From assembly GCA_002633005.1 (NCBI GenBank), contig NMRA01000415.1, forward strand, positions 283,161-347,160: a stretch of 64,000 nucleotides of DNA, read 5' to 3'. Origin of the DNA: Phoronis australis. Its lineage: Eukaryota; Animalia; Phoronida. Positions 26,238 through 39,149 of the stretch are shown in pieces. A program made the position numbers and the translations under genes. Within the stretch, counting starts at the first letter, position 1. Every line of letters starts with the position of its first letter. The notes below the pieces were generated by a model. The model saw only the letters and a list, made by a program, of their open reading frames with translations, was not told the origin of the DNA and ran no database searches.

Positions 26238-29200
26238 TTAGCATAGCAGTGGGGTAATTTCATCATCGTCGTCGGTTTCATGCCTTTCTTCATTGGTCTC
26301 GTGTTGAGATGTCCTTTGCATCGTACTATAAGACAACGGATTAGTGGCATCACTCGCAAGGTTTTTAACCAAAGTTTGCTCATTGTCAGTCCAGGTGTCG
26401 TTGTTTTTTGTTTTATCGTGGCTTGCGTGTACAGGAGACCCGAGGATCGCACTTGAACCGCTGTTTCGGGCGCCTGTTTCTGACAGAGACGATATGTCTG
26501 TTGTCAAAGAGGAATCCACTGATTCCTGTCCTATCTGAAACAGACATTTAAATGTACATAAACCCGTAGCATGTTTCTTTGGAAGCTATCTCAAATTGAT
26601 CTTTACTCAGATTACCATTGACTTGGAAAGAATTGACCGTTCGTTACTGCTTCAGGCCTGGTTTAACGGGACATTTCCTCTTCATACTGACAACTCAACA
26701 TACAAGTTATCAATAAGCTTAGGTCCCCAACCAAATTTTTGTACTCAAACTTCGTTTGGACAACGTGCTCGAGATGATGACGTATTACGCCAAATAACTG
26801 TTTTGTCCTGCCGTAGCTTTATTTTGGGGTCATCAAATGCTTGGACAAGACTCTCATGTACAGAAGCCATTCTAATGCCAAGTAAAAGTACCAAAGCACT
26901 TATCCCGAGTTCAACCTATCACGCTAAATTCTACCTCTTGTTTGGAAGTACTACATGTATAACGCAGAGCTATACAAGATCTATCTCAATTTTTCCCACA
27001 CCAACAGGATGCCATGATGATTTTCCGGATATCGTTGCGAGATTGAACCAGCGAGTCTGTATCCAATCACCGGCGATATCTCAATTCATTCTGACGGTAC
27101 ACACCTGTTGCTAGGAAACGGTGATGGCAAGTTTGAGGCCAGTTCGTCGGAGTAACTCAACTTTGTCTAGATTTCCCAGTTGATGCCTAAGCAAGGGGAA
27201 ATTGTCCTGAAGCTTGTTTCGTGGAAGTGACTTAAGACTTGAGATAGAAATTTGGTCTTGCGCTTCCATTGAATTTCCAAAAACGAATTAAGCCAAGAAA
27301 TTGTGAGTGCATCTTTGTCTAGATATGATATGTAGAAATTATCTTATTGACTACCAGTGTTGTTCATATTCGCAGAGACTTTGCTTTTTTGCTCAAGTAA
27401 GATTCGATTACATTTCTGAAATATTAGAGTGGAGCGTAAGTCCAAATTTCTGACCTAATAAACCGCTTTCCATGAAGCAGACCCATGGCTTTCAGAAGAA
27501 AAAATTGCCAATCAATTTAGTTCAATATTTCCCTAGTGCGATGTTTTCAATGTCAAAATGCCATGCAATGTCCAACTACGATTTCTTTAGTGAAAGCAAC
27601 TTCACACTACCTGAAATTCCTGGTTCTTGGTGACAGGTGTCAGCACAGTCCTGCTAGGATGATACTTGCGAGACAACGTGTGCTTCAGCAATAGACCTCC
27701 GAATACTAAGACCAGCCACAATGTCGAATAAGCAAGTAAAAGTATCAAAGAGGTACTACTGCATTCCAATCCCGTCATAGGTCCAAAAGTAAACCCGAGG
27801 GCGTTCACTACTGTACCCCAAGGACAGTGTTTGGAGCACGTGTTCTTGGTGAGTAAAAACAGATCTGCTGGGCACTTAGAGACGCATATTCGCCAAGAGT
27901 CGTTCCGGACCAAGTTCGCTTTTGAATCACACGAGGAACAGTCATCAACGCACNTCTTTATACTGACAACCCAACATACAATAAGCTTAGGTCCCCAACC
28001 AAATTTTTGTACTCAAAGTTCGTACGGACAACGTGCTCGAGATGATGACATATTACGCCAAATAACTGTTTTGTCCTGCTATAGCTTTATTTTGGGGTCA
28101 TCAAATGCTTGGATAAGACTCTCATGTACAGAAGCCATTCTAATGCCAAGTAAAAGTACCAAAGCACTTATCTCGAGTTCAACATATCACGCTAAATTCT
28201 AGCTCTTGTTTGCAAGTACGATAACGCAGAGCTATATACAAGACCTATCTCAATTTTTTCCCACACCAACAGGATGCCATGATTTTCCGGATATCGTTGC
28301 GAGATTGAACCAGCGAGTCTGTATCCAATCACCGGCGATATCTCAATTCATTCTGACGGTACACACCTGTTGCTAGGAAACGGTGATGGCACGGTTGAGG
28401 CCAGTTTGTTGGAGTAACTTAACTTTGTCAAGATTTCCCAGTTGATGCCTAAGCAAGGGGAAATTATCCTGAAGCTTGTTTCGTGGACGTGACTTAAGAC
28501 TTGAGATAGAAATTTGGTCTTGCGCTCCCATTGAATTTCCAAAAACGAATTAAGCCAAGAAATTGTGAGTGCATCTTTGTCTAGATATGATATGTAGAAA
28601 TTATCTTATTGACTACCAGTGTTGTTCATATTCGCAGAGACTTTGCTTTTTTGCTCAAGTAAGATTCGATTACATTTCTGAAATATTAGAGTGGAGCGTA
28701 AGTCCAAATTTCTGACCTAATAAACCGCTTTCCATGAAGCAGACCCATGGCTTTCAGAAGAAAAAATTGCCAATCAATTTAGTTCAATATTTCCCTAGTG
28801 CGATGTTTTCAATGTCAAAATGCCATGCAATGTCCAACTACGATTTCTTTAGTGAAAGCAACTTCACACTACCTGAAATTCCTGGTTGTTGGTGACAGGT
28901 GTCAGCACAGTCCTGCTAGGATGATACTTGCGAGACAACGTGTGCTTCAGCAATAGACCTCCGAATACTAAGACCAGCCACAATGTCGAATAAGCAAGTA
29001 AAAGTATCAAAGAGGTACTACTGCATTCCAATCCCGTCATGGGTCCAAAAGTAAACCCGAGGGCGTTCACTACTGTACCCCAAGGACAGTGTTTGGAGCA
29101 CGTGTTCTTGGTGAGTAAAAACAGATCTGCTGGGCACTTAGAGACGCATATTCGCCAAGAGTCGTTCTGGACCAAGTTCGCTTTCGAATCACACGAGGAA

Positions 29201-29757
29201 CAGTCATCAACGCACTTAGTAATGGATCGGATATCCAGCAAAGGGTGACACAAATACATGCTAGTTGGACACTTGGCCACGCATACACCTTTGTAGACCA
29301 GTGGCACGTTGTCAGGACAATCAGCAACGCACATTTTTTTGAGGCCGTCGACAAGTTCAAGTGTTTTAAAAATGCTACAGTTGGAGCAACTAGTTAAACA
29401 CTGCACGGGCAATAAGGGCCGTTCCTCACACTGGAAAGTGGTAGCTGGACACCCGGACTGATAGCACGTGGAATCTTTTTGGTATTTGTAAGTGCAGGAA
29501 TCCACTATAGGCCTACCTGGACAACAAGAATCCTTGCATACAAAACTTCTTTCATTATGAACTTTTGTGTTAGGACACCTTTTATAGCAGTTTCCGTCAT
29601 ACTGAAATGGCGCTACAGCTGGACACGTGGTCACACACTTCTTGTTGACTGGATCAAAAAGTTCCTGTGATGTACAAGTAGTACACTCACAGTCCTTGTC
29701 CGTGTTATCTGGTGTCTGCAATCCTCCTCCGCAGTTGCAGGATTTTGCGGCTACAGC
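26238..29757 (-). CDS. Cys-rich furin-like-repeat (PCSK5/VSP-like) single-pass membrane protein, 5' exon(s) not identified
   Basis: Exon 28873-29757 encodes AVAAKSCNCGGG..., repeated CVxxCP / CxxCP units, and the TM segment LILLLAYSTLWLVLVFGGLLL followed by basic residues. It joins in phase 0 to exon 26238-26534, a Ser/acidic tail ending DDDDEITPLLC*. Confidence 0.75.
26679..29213. repeat. Tandem duplicate pair 26679-27953 / 27955-29213 joined at N 27954, including a partial copy (27611-27953) of the Cys-rich/TM exon
   Basis: Near-identical sequence either side of a single N. ORFs 27602-27913 and 28864-29721 share their C-terminal ~100 aa. Confidence 0.85.
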
Positions 29758-30246
29758 CTACAAATGAGAGCAAAGACAGATGGGCCGGCTTTCAAGAGAC
29801 AGCATGTGTTTTGTAAAATGGGCGAGACCATGTGAAATATTTCTGTGCATTGAAAGCGCAGAAAGTGATCTTACTTGAAGTATATTTTTGCGGAAGGGGC
29901 GTAGCATAGGCTAAGTCAGGGCACGTTATTACATATTGTCGCCCTGTCAACGATATAAGCTGTAAACATGGTCGACACTTGTTATTGTATAATCGGGAAC
30001 AATGTGTCGATGTTGACGGCATTGCGACATTTGACATAGTTTGTCGTTGAGACTATTGCATGCGTTGGGTGCAACAATATACATGTAAGTCACGATATGG
30101 TACGTTCCGGCAGTGCCGCCGTTCGTATTGGCATGTAATTTTCACAATTCATACAAATGTAGATTTTTTACAGAAGGCGTTGCAGTTATTCCTAATATGA
30201 GTAGAAACGTTTGAAACTAAAACATATTTTAGGACTTCAGCTCTAG

Positions 30247-33200
30247 GTTAAATGACAGTATACAGGTGTACTCACGTGTACTTGTTAATAACACATGTAT
30301 TCATACAGCAGCCTGATGGACGCTCAATGTGTTTAAACTGAAAATCTCAAAGTTCAGGTGGTAGACGTTTAGCGTAGGTGTTTAAAGCGAAGTTTTCAAC
30401 TAAGGCGGGGTCATTGGCCTTCACCCAAACTGCCAATATGTGTTAACCGCACCAGGTAGTTGCTTGCATGTAAGCCACTTCACATCCTTACTTCAAAATT
30501 TGAGGATCACCTTGAGCTCACAAAATATTCGATTTTCACCGCGACGATTCTTTGTGAGTTTTCTCGCAACAAATTTGATTTACAGAACGCAACCCCGAAA
30601 CAGGTATTGGTTTAAATACTTTAACACCTGTGATGAAGTCGGATGATCAAAAAAATGTAGACCAAACTCCTTTGAAATGAAACTGTTTGAAACAAGTTCT
30701 AAAGTACTGAGTCATTCTACATTATATAGAAAAAACATTCAGTGCAGTCCAACTTGAGAAGTACATGTACGTGTACACCCATCGTTTCTGGTGTGCCCAT
30801 TTGTGGAGCGGTCGCGGTTAAAAGAAAACTAAGGGACAAAATGTAGAAAAACGACTCCTGATAGTTGCCCACTTGGAACAGGCTTTTCATAAATGATCAA
30901 CAGACTCTCCAAAATGTTCAACCGAAGTGAGTAATTTTCCATATGGCGTACGTATTTCTTTTGTAGTTATCAGGAGAGAGAGCAACCGCATGTCCAATAT
31001 AGTTCGCTTATTATTATTATTTAGAACGAAAACAGTCATACATGCGACATTTGATTTCCTCAACAACTTAGCATCTGATCACTGTTCGTAATTTTCCTCG
31101 ATGGGGTCTCTTTCAAGTTTCATTACGAGGTTACATGACATTTGTTTTTCTCCGCAATCGCGTACTTCGGTTTATCATACTGTTATTTTAATTGGTTTGT
31201 TTGGCATCCATTGCAATTTACTTGACAGTGTACATGTAAATGTAAAACTGATGGTAGAACTGAAACTGCCCAGAGAACGGGCAATTGTCTATGCAGCTAT
31301 GGGCCAGAAAATAAAGTGTCTGTTAACAAGTTTGTAAACGAAATGGTGATACCTAATGACACTGTAAATGTATACGTGCATGTATAAGTACAAGTGGAAT
31401 GCGGCTGGGTTACTGTTTTTGCGTAGTTCGCACTGTCTGTATGAATAATACTACAGTGATTTAAAAAGTCAGCAAATCCATCAACCTCAGTTATGAACTA
31501 GTAATCAATCATTACTTCTGTAGTCATTTTCAGATGAGGGATAAACATGGCCATATTTTGAATAGCTATAGGCAGGGGGTACAATTCTAGCTGGTAAACC
31601 ATGGCTCCCATATTTCATTTTTGCGGGCTATAAATATGTCCCCAGATTTGTAAGTCCAGAGTCTAGTTATATAAACTCCCTACCCTAAAAGACGACCGTG
31701 ACAATATGACTGCACATTTCTTCGCCATTTAACTTTGCAGATTCCCTGCTTTTAGAATTACACACTTCGGTTTAGGATTTCGTTTGGCTTCAGTCAGTTG
31801 TGACTGCATGATACATGTACATTGACCCTTCTACAACAAAATGACCCACCTACATGTATAGGGTGACATGGTGTTAGTCCGAGCAGAAAATGCAAAAAAA
31901 TATTTAAAATCAAAATAAGCCCTAGACTATATGCACACGTGCTTTCCAAATTCAATGCTCGGCTACATTTTCTAATCGGTACATGGTTGAAATATAACTC
32001 ATTTATGCTTTGTTATTCGTATTTAGAGATTATTCAGTGTTTTTACGTTGTGATCCTGCAGCTAACAAAATTGAATATAAACTAAATGTCACCCCTTACC
32101 TCTAACAAAGCTCTCAGCAGTAGAATAGTTGTTACGAAGTTCACAGAAGTCATATTTGCCTATGGTGTCCGTCTTGCTACTTCAGCAGTCCTACTAGTTC
32201 AGCACGTACATGTACTGTATAGAGCGACGTCAGGCCGTAAGTTTAACAACGGCACTCTTATCAAATATTTGCGACCATACAAAGCTGGCTTTGCGGCTGT
32301 TATACATGTACATCCCCGCAATTACTTTCCGTCGACCGAGTGCTTTTGTGTTTTGTTTGCTCGCTTGAGGCCATGTTTCCTGGTGCTTATCAACCTATAC
32401 ACCGAGAATTCCTTATTCGGAGAAAAGACGATCTAGTCACTGTGTTTGTGTATTATATCAGCAAACTGTGGATCAGAATATCCGTTGACGAGATAATTAC
32501 TGTGCTCGCCAGCAAAACTGTGGTAATTAAAAACCACCTTTTTCGTAAGTTGGAGCGTAACTAGCGTTGGAAGTTTCATTTCAAGCAGAAAGATAACGGT
32601 ATGTAAGACCTGGGTTGTGCAAATTCGAAGAAAGTATCGCTTTATTGCCACTTTTCAATGAATTCAGTTCAAACAACGGGGTGGAAGACAAGGCTTCCTA
32701 GAAATATTGACACGTCAAATATAGTATCTCAATCATGCAACAAAACGGATAACTAGTTGAAATTAAGTACTTGTAAATCCAAGACACATTTATCTGTCGC
32801 TCAATGTTATGGTTTAAGAAACAGGAGAAATATGAACGACTGATATCCAATATGGCCGTCCGCCACTGCAGAGGCATTCCCGGAGCAACACAAATCACGG
32901 CTGAGTGGGAGTAACGTACTCACACACTATATCTGCTACTGCTACACAATCACTAGTTACATTTGTGACAGCGGCACCAATATATTCTATTAGTACAAAT
33001 ACACGTATTGTGGTTATAAACGGAATTTATCACCTCCCCAATTTCTAAAATGATCCCTGGTACATGTAATTCTCGTATTTAACATCTGAAATTTGAAACG
33101 TGTTGTCCAACGCCTGTCACGTGATTCACTCTAGGAGGAGTTAAATCTAGGTCTTCCAGCCACTTTGTGACGGTTCACCAAAAGGATCTGGTTAATGGTG

Positions 33201-36200
33201 AAATAAATTGCCAGTTTGCGGCAGTATTCGAACTTCAGGAAATAAATGCTCTGGCCCACCGGGACAGTTAGTTTGAAAATTAACTGGGCCGGCTGCCAAG
33301 TTGCTGGCTTAGTGGCCACAAATCCTCTGGTTCCGGGCCGCCGGGCCAGCGTGTATTGCAAACGCTGGTTCGCGGTTCAACGGACAATGCGTGTTGGTCA
33401 GTCTTTCAACAAAGCGGTTTTTCCACAATAAAGCAGCTGCTAGTGTATGGAATGAAATTTATTTGAAACCTTGCAAACTTTACTGTATTCAGTGCGCGTA
33501 TTTGAAACCGGTTTTTCGTTGAATTATGGTTAGACGCGAACTTTTAAAAATAAGCAAAGAGGTGGTAAATAATACATGGTTTGATTGATTCGTTCAAATT
33601 TTCCTTTTCAGATTCTTTTGTTTAAAGTGTACCTTGTGGACAGTAACTACCAACGTAGACATCACGCGACCAGGCCAGCGCATATTCGAGAACGTGATTT
33701 TCTGAAATAGAACCCTTCCATCTGATACAGGCCGAAGAGTAGAGAATTACGGTCACGCTAGTGCATCTAGTAGACTGACTTTTTGAATCCTCGCCCATAC
33801 TGACTTCTTGCGAGTTAATTCATAGACTGTAAAATGACAGATTACTTCGAGTACGACTTGTTCTTCTCTCACAGCTCTAGAAATATCTGTGACGTAAAGC
33901 AGTTGATAACGAGGCTCGGCCAAAGCCCGTACAACATCCGCTGTGCTTGTGCCGATGATGATTTCGTGCCTGGATGGACTGTAACGAAAAACATTGAACA
34001 TTTCATACTCAGAAGCCGAAAAACCGTGGCCTTAATAACCCCTGACTTCACCAATAGCCGCTGGTGCGACTACGAAACTTCCGTTTTGCATACCTTGGAC
34101 ATGGAAGAAAACAGGAATCGACTTATACCTGTTCTGTTCAAGGACTGTGACTTGCCACTTATGGCTAGGGTGACAAGCTACATTGACGCTAGACTAATGG
34201 GCGTGGAGGAGCTTTCTTCTCAACTGTTTAAAGCTTTGAATACAGGTAACATGCACGTTTACACCTTCAACTATTATACATTGTACTGTAGATTCCGTAA
34301 CTGGCAACGGAAAACCAAAGACAGTATAGCGTCGTGTTTAAAACAAGTTGACGTCTTCTTATACATGTGCTGTTTTTTCACCTAAATAAAGCAATGAAGG
34401 CCTATTTAAGAAAAACTGAACATTTTTCGAAAGTGTTAGAAAGAACTTCATAAAAGACAAATGGGCTTTCAAACATATTTGTAAGCCGTAGAAATAACTA
34501 ATAATTGTTTCAAGTGAATAGTAAATGCAAGTTGATTCTTAAGTAGTTTGGAAATCAAGCGAACCTTAAGAGTCAACTAACTCTTCCTAATTACTGTATT
34601 TTATTAAGGTCAAACACATACTGTGTAATCTGGTCCCTATACAGGTAATACCGTGACTCATTTGAGACCTGCGCTCACCTGGCACAGCCCGCACAGTTTC
34701 AGTGAATGTCTCGCGCGCAGTGTTTTGATAAGCTGTACAAAGGCACCGATATGCCGTAAAATGTAACAATTTCGTAAAATGTGACAACTGTTACAATTTA
34801 CGTCATTGTTACATTCTACGTTGCTAAGCCTCTCCTAAAATGTAACAAGTTGTTGCGTTTTACGAAGCTGTTAGTACATTTCATGTCGAATGCACATGCG
34901 AGAAATGTACCTTTGCTGCATTTTACGCAACCATCGTCATATTGCAAAGAAAATGACCAAAATCACGAACAAATGATATCTGACACGGTCGGTTTTAGGC
35001 GAGGGGTGCCGCCCGAAAAATATGAATACTTGCCCGTTTCGAAAATGGGCTGGGACAAAAAACTCGGGGGATCATTCTCCAAAATTCACTCGGGCTCTAG
35101 ATAACGGGGGATAACGACTTCGCCATGTAATAATCTATATTATTTATTTTTTTGTAGATGATCTTTCGTCCGTTACTCTGAATGTCAAGAAAGAAATTGG
35201 TAAGCTCTGCAAATCACAAACTCCAATTTGCAAACACGCAGAAACGTTACCGGAACGGAACTCCGGGTTGCAAGTGTATGGATTCAGAATCCACGAGAGA
35301 GGACTTGGTAGTGGCAGGTTTAGGAAACATTCTAATATGATTCTGAGAAGAATTTGGAACAGCAGAGTTTTACCNGCCCCCCTGCCCCCCCCTAAATCCG
35401 CCTATGTTAAATGACAGTATACTCACGTGTACTCGCTAATAACACATGTATTCATACAGCAGCCTGATGAACGCTCAATGTGTTTAAACTGAAAATCTCA
35501 AAATTCAGGTGGTAGACGTTTAGCCGGGTACAGGTGTTTAAAGCGAAGTTTTCAATAAGGCGGGGTCATTGACCGTTACCCAAACTGCCAATTTGTGTTA
35601 ACCACCAGGTAGTTGCTTGAATGTAAGCCACTTCACATCCTTACTTCAAAATTTGAGGATCACCTTGAGCTCACAAAATATTCGATTTTCACCGCGACGA
35701 TTCTTTGTGAGTTCGCCTTTCTCGCAACAAATTTGATTTACGTGTACAGAACGCAACCCCAAACAGGTATTCGTTTAAATACTTTAACACCTGTTATAAA
35801 GTCAGATGGTCCAAAAAATCTCGACCGAACTCCTTTGAACTGGAACTGTTTGAAACAAGTTCTACCATAGTGAGTCATTATATAGAAAGAACATTCAGTG
35901 CAGTCCAACTTGAGAAGTACGTGTACACCCATTCTTAACATAGCGGTCGTTTCTGGTGTGCCCATTTGTGGAGGGGTCGCGGTTAAAAGAAAACTAAGGG
36001 ACAAAATGAAAAAAAAAACGACTCCTGATAGCTGCCCACTTGGAAAAGGCTTTTCATAAATGATCAACAGACTCTCCAAAATGTTCAACCGAAATGAGTA
36101 ATTTTCCATATGGCGTACGAAAAGTGGTAATTTTTCGTATTTCTTTTATAGTTATCGGGAGAGAGGGCAACCGTATGTCCAATGTAGTTCGCTTATCACG

Positions 36201-39149
36201 AGATTTAAAACAAAAAACATTCATACATGCGACATTTGATTTCCTCAACAACTTAACATCTGGTCACTGCTCCTTCAGAAGTCCTAGTTCAACACGTACA
36301 TATATAGAGCGACGTCAGGCCATAAGTTTAACAACGGCACTCCGTTGATGGGTGGCAAGTGGGCATATGACGACTAGCCACCGCTGACGTGATTCTTGCT
36401 ACAGCTACACGTACAACACACGTCGATCTGCCCCGAATAACCGAATATTTTTCTTATCAAATATTTGCGACCATACAGCCCCGCAATTAATTTCCGTCGA
36501 CCGAGTGCTGTTGTATTTTGTTTGCTCGCTTGAGGTCAAGTTTCCTGGTGCTTATCAACCTATACATCGAGAATTCCTTATTCCGAGAAAAGACAATCTA
36601 GTCACTGTGTGTGTGCATTATCAGCAAACTGTGGATCAGAATATCCGTTGACGAGATAATTACTGTGCTCGCCAGTGAAACGGTGGTAATTAAAAACCAC
36701 CTTTTTCGTAAGCTGGAGCGTAACTAGCGTTGAAAGTTTCATTTCAAGCAGAAAGATAACGGTATGTAAGACCTGGGTTGTGCAAATTCTAAGAAACTAT
36801 CGCTTATTACCACTTTTCAATGAATTCAGTTCAAACAACGGGGTGGAAGACAAGGCTTCCTAGAAATACATGTATTGACACGTCAAATATAGTGTCTCGA
36901 TCATCCGACAAAGCGGATAACACGTTGAAATTAAGTACTTGTAAATCCAAGACACATTTATCATTCGCTCAATGTTACGGTGTAAGAAACGGGAGAAATG
37001 TGAACGACTACTATCCAATATGGCCGTCCGTCACTGAGGCACTCCCGGAGCAACTCAAATCACGGCTGGGAGTAACGTACTCACACACTCCTATATCTGC
37101 TCCTCTGGTCCCGGGCCGCTGGGCCAGCGTGTATTGCGAACGCTGGTTCGCCCTTCAATGGACAATGCGTGTTGGTCAGTCTTTCAACAAAGCGGTTTTT
37201 CCACGATAAAGCAGCTGCTACTGTACTGTATGGAATGAAATATGTTTGAAACCTTGCAAACTTTACTGCATTCACTGCGCTTATTTGAAACCGGTTTTTC
37301 GTTGAATTATGCTTAAACGTAAACTTTTAAAAATAAGAGGTGGTAAATAATACAAGGTTTGATTGATTTGTTCAAATTTTCCTTTTCAGATTCTTTTGTT
37401 TAAAGTGGACCTTGTGGACAGTAACTACCAACGTAGACAACACGCGACCAGGCCAGCGCATATTCGAGAACGTGATTTTCTGAAATAGAACCCTTCCATC
37501 TGATACAGGCCGAGGAGTAGAGAATTACATGTATGGCCACGCTAGTGCATCTAGTAGACTGACTTTTTGAATCCTCGCCCATACTGACTTCTTGCGAGCT
37601 AATTCACAGGCTTTAAAAATGACAGATTACTTCGAGTACGACTTGTTCTTCTCTCACAGCTCTAGAAATATCTGTGACGTAAGGCAGTTGATAACGAGGC
37701 TGGGCCAAAGCCCGTACAACATCCGCTGTGCTTGTGCCGATGATGATTTCGTGCCTGGATGGACTGTTACGAAAAACATTGAACATTTCATACACAGAAG
37801 CCGAAAAACCGTGGCCTTAATAACCCCTGACTTCACCAATAGCCGCTGGTGCGACTACGAAACTTCCGTTTTGCATACCTTGGACATGGAAGAAAACAGG
37901 AATCGACTTATACCCGTTCTGTTCAAGGAGTGTGACTTGCCACTTATGGCTAGGGTGACAAGCTACATTGACGCTAGACTAATGGACGTGGAGGAGCTTT
38001 CTTCTCAACTGTTTAAAGCTTTGAATGCAGGTACATACATGCACGTTTACACCTTCAAATATCATACTGTAGATTCCGTAACTGGCAAGGGAAAACCAAA
38101 GACACGATAGCGTGGTGTTTAAAACAAGTTGACGTCTTCTTATACATGTGCTGTTCTTTCACCTAAATAAAGCAATGAAGGCCTATTTAAGAAAAACTGA
38201 AATTTTTCGAAAGTGTTATAAAGAACATCACAAAAGACAAATGGGCTTTCAAGTATATTTGTAAGCCGTAGAAATAACTAATAATTGTTTCAAGTGAATA
38301 GTAAATGCAAGTTGATTCTTAAGTAGTTTCGAAAATCAAGCGAACCTTAAGTGTCAGCTAACTCTTCCTAATTAATGTATTTTATTAAGGTCAAAAACAT
38401 ACTGTGTAATCTGGTCCCTACATTTATACCGCCACTCATCTGAGACCTGCGCTCACTTGGCACAGCCCGCACAGTTTCAGTGAATGTCTCGCGCAGTATT
38501 TTGAAAAGCTGTACAAAGGCACTGATACGTCGTAAAATGTAACAATTTCGTATAATGTGACAACTGTTACAATTTACGTCATTGTTACATTCTACGTTGC
38601 TAAGCCTCTCCTAAAATGTAACAAGTTGTTGCGTTTTACTAAGTTGTTAGTAAATTTCACGTCGAATGCACATGCGAGAAATGTACCTTTGCTGCATTTT
38701 ACGCAACCAACGTCATATTGCAAAGAAAATGACCAAAATCACGAACGAATGAAATCTGACACGGTCGGTTTTGGGCGAGGGGTGCCGCCCGAAAAATATG
38801 AATACTTGCCCGTTTCGAGAATGGGCTGGGACAAAAAACTCGGGCGATCATTCTCCAAAATCCACTCGGGCTCTAGATAACGGGTGATAACGACTTCGTC
38901 ATGTAATAATCTATATTATTTATTTTTTTGTAGATGATCTTTCGTCCGTTACTCTGAATGTCAAGAAAGAAATCGGTAAGCTCTGCAAATCACAAACTCC
39001 AATTTGCAAACACGCAAAAACGTTACCGGAACGGAACTCCGGGTTGCAAGTGTATGGATTCAGAATCCACGAGAGAGGACTTGGTAGTGGCAGGTTTAGG
39101 AAACATTCTAATATGATTCTGAGAAGAATTTGGAACAGCAGAGTTTTAC
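30247..39149. repeat. Tandem duplicate pair 30247-35373 / 35406-39149 joined at N 35375
   Basis: Colinear high-identity copies. Copy A has extra blocks (~31085-32200, ~32930-33320). Copy B starts next to a MITE end. Confidence 0.85.
33834..35199 (+). CDS. TIR-domain exon plus 42-nt exon, copy A (duplicate or allele of 37619-38975)
   Basis: Exon 33834-34245 (YDLFFSHS, DFVPG, SRKTVALITPDFTNSRWCDYE, RLIPVLF) and exon 35158-35199. Further exons are absent from this copy because it ends at the N join. Confidence 0.8.

Noticed and set aside
26596-27114. 172-aa plus-strand ORF
   Set aside because: Lies antisense in an intron; the duplicate copy has a stop and indels, so it is not conserved.
27107-27119. 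RFX X-box-like GTTGCTAGGAAAC
   Set aside because: It is 17 kb from the ciliary gene start and intronic in another gene; chance occurrence is plausible.
34246-34385. Single-exon TIR-only reading of ORFs 33834-34385 and 37592-38110
   Set aside because: The two copies diverge in frame right after the shared GT donor, indicating intron read-through.
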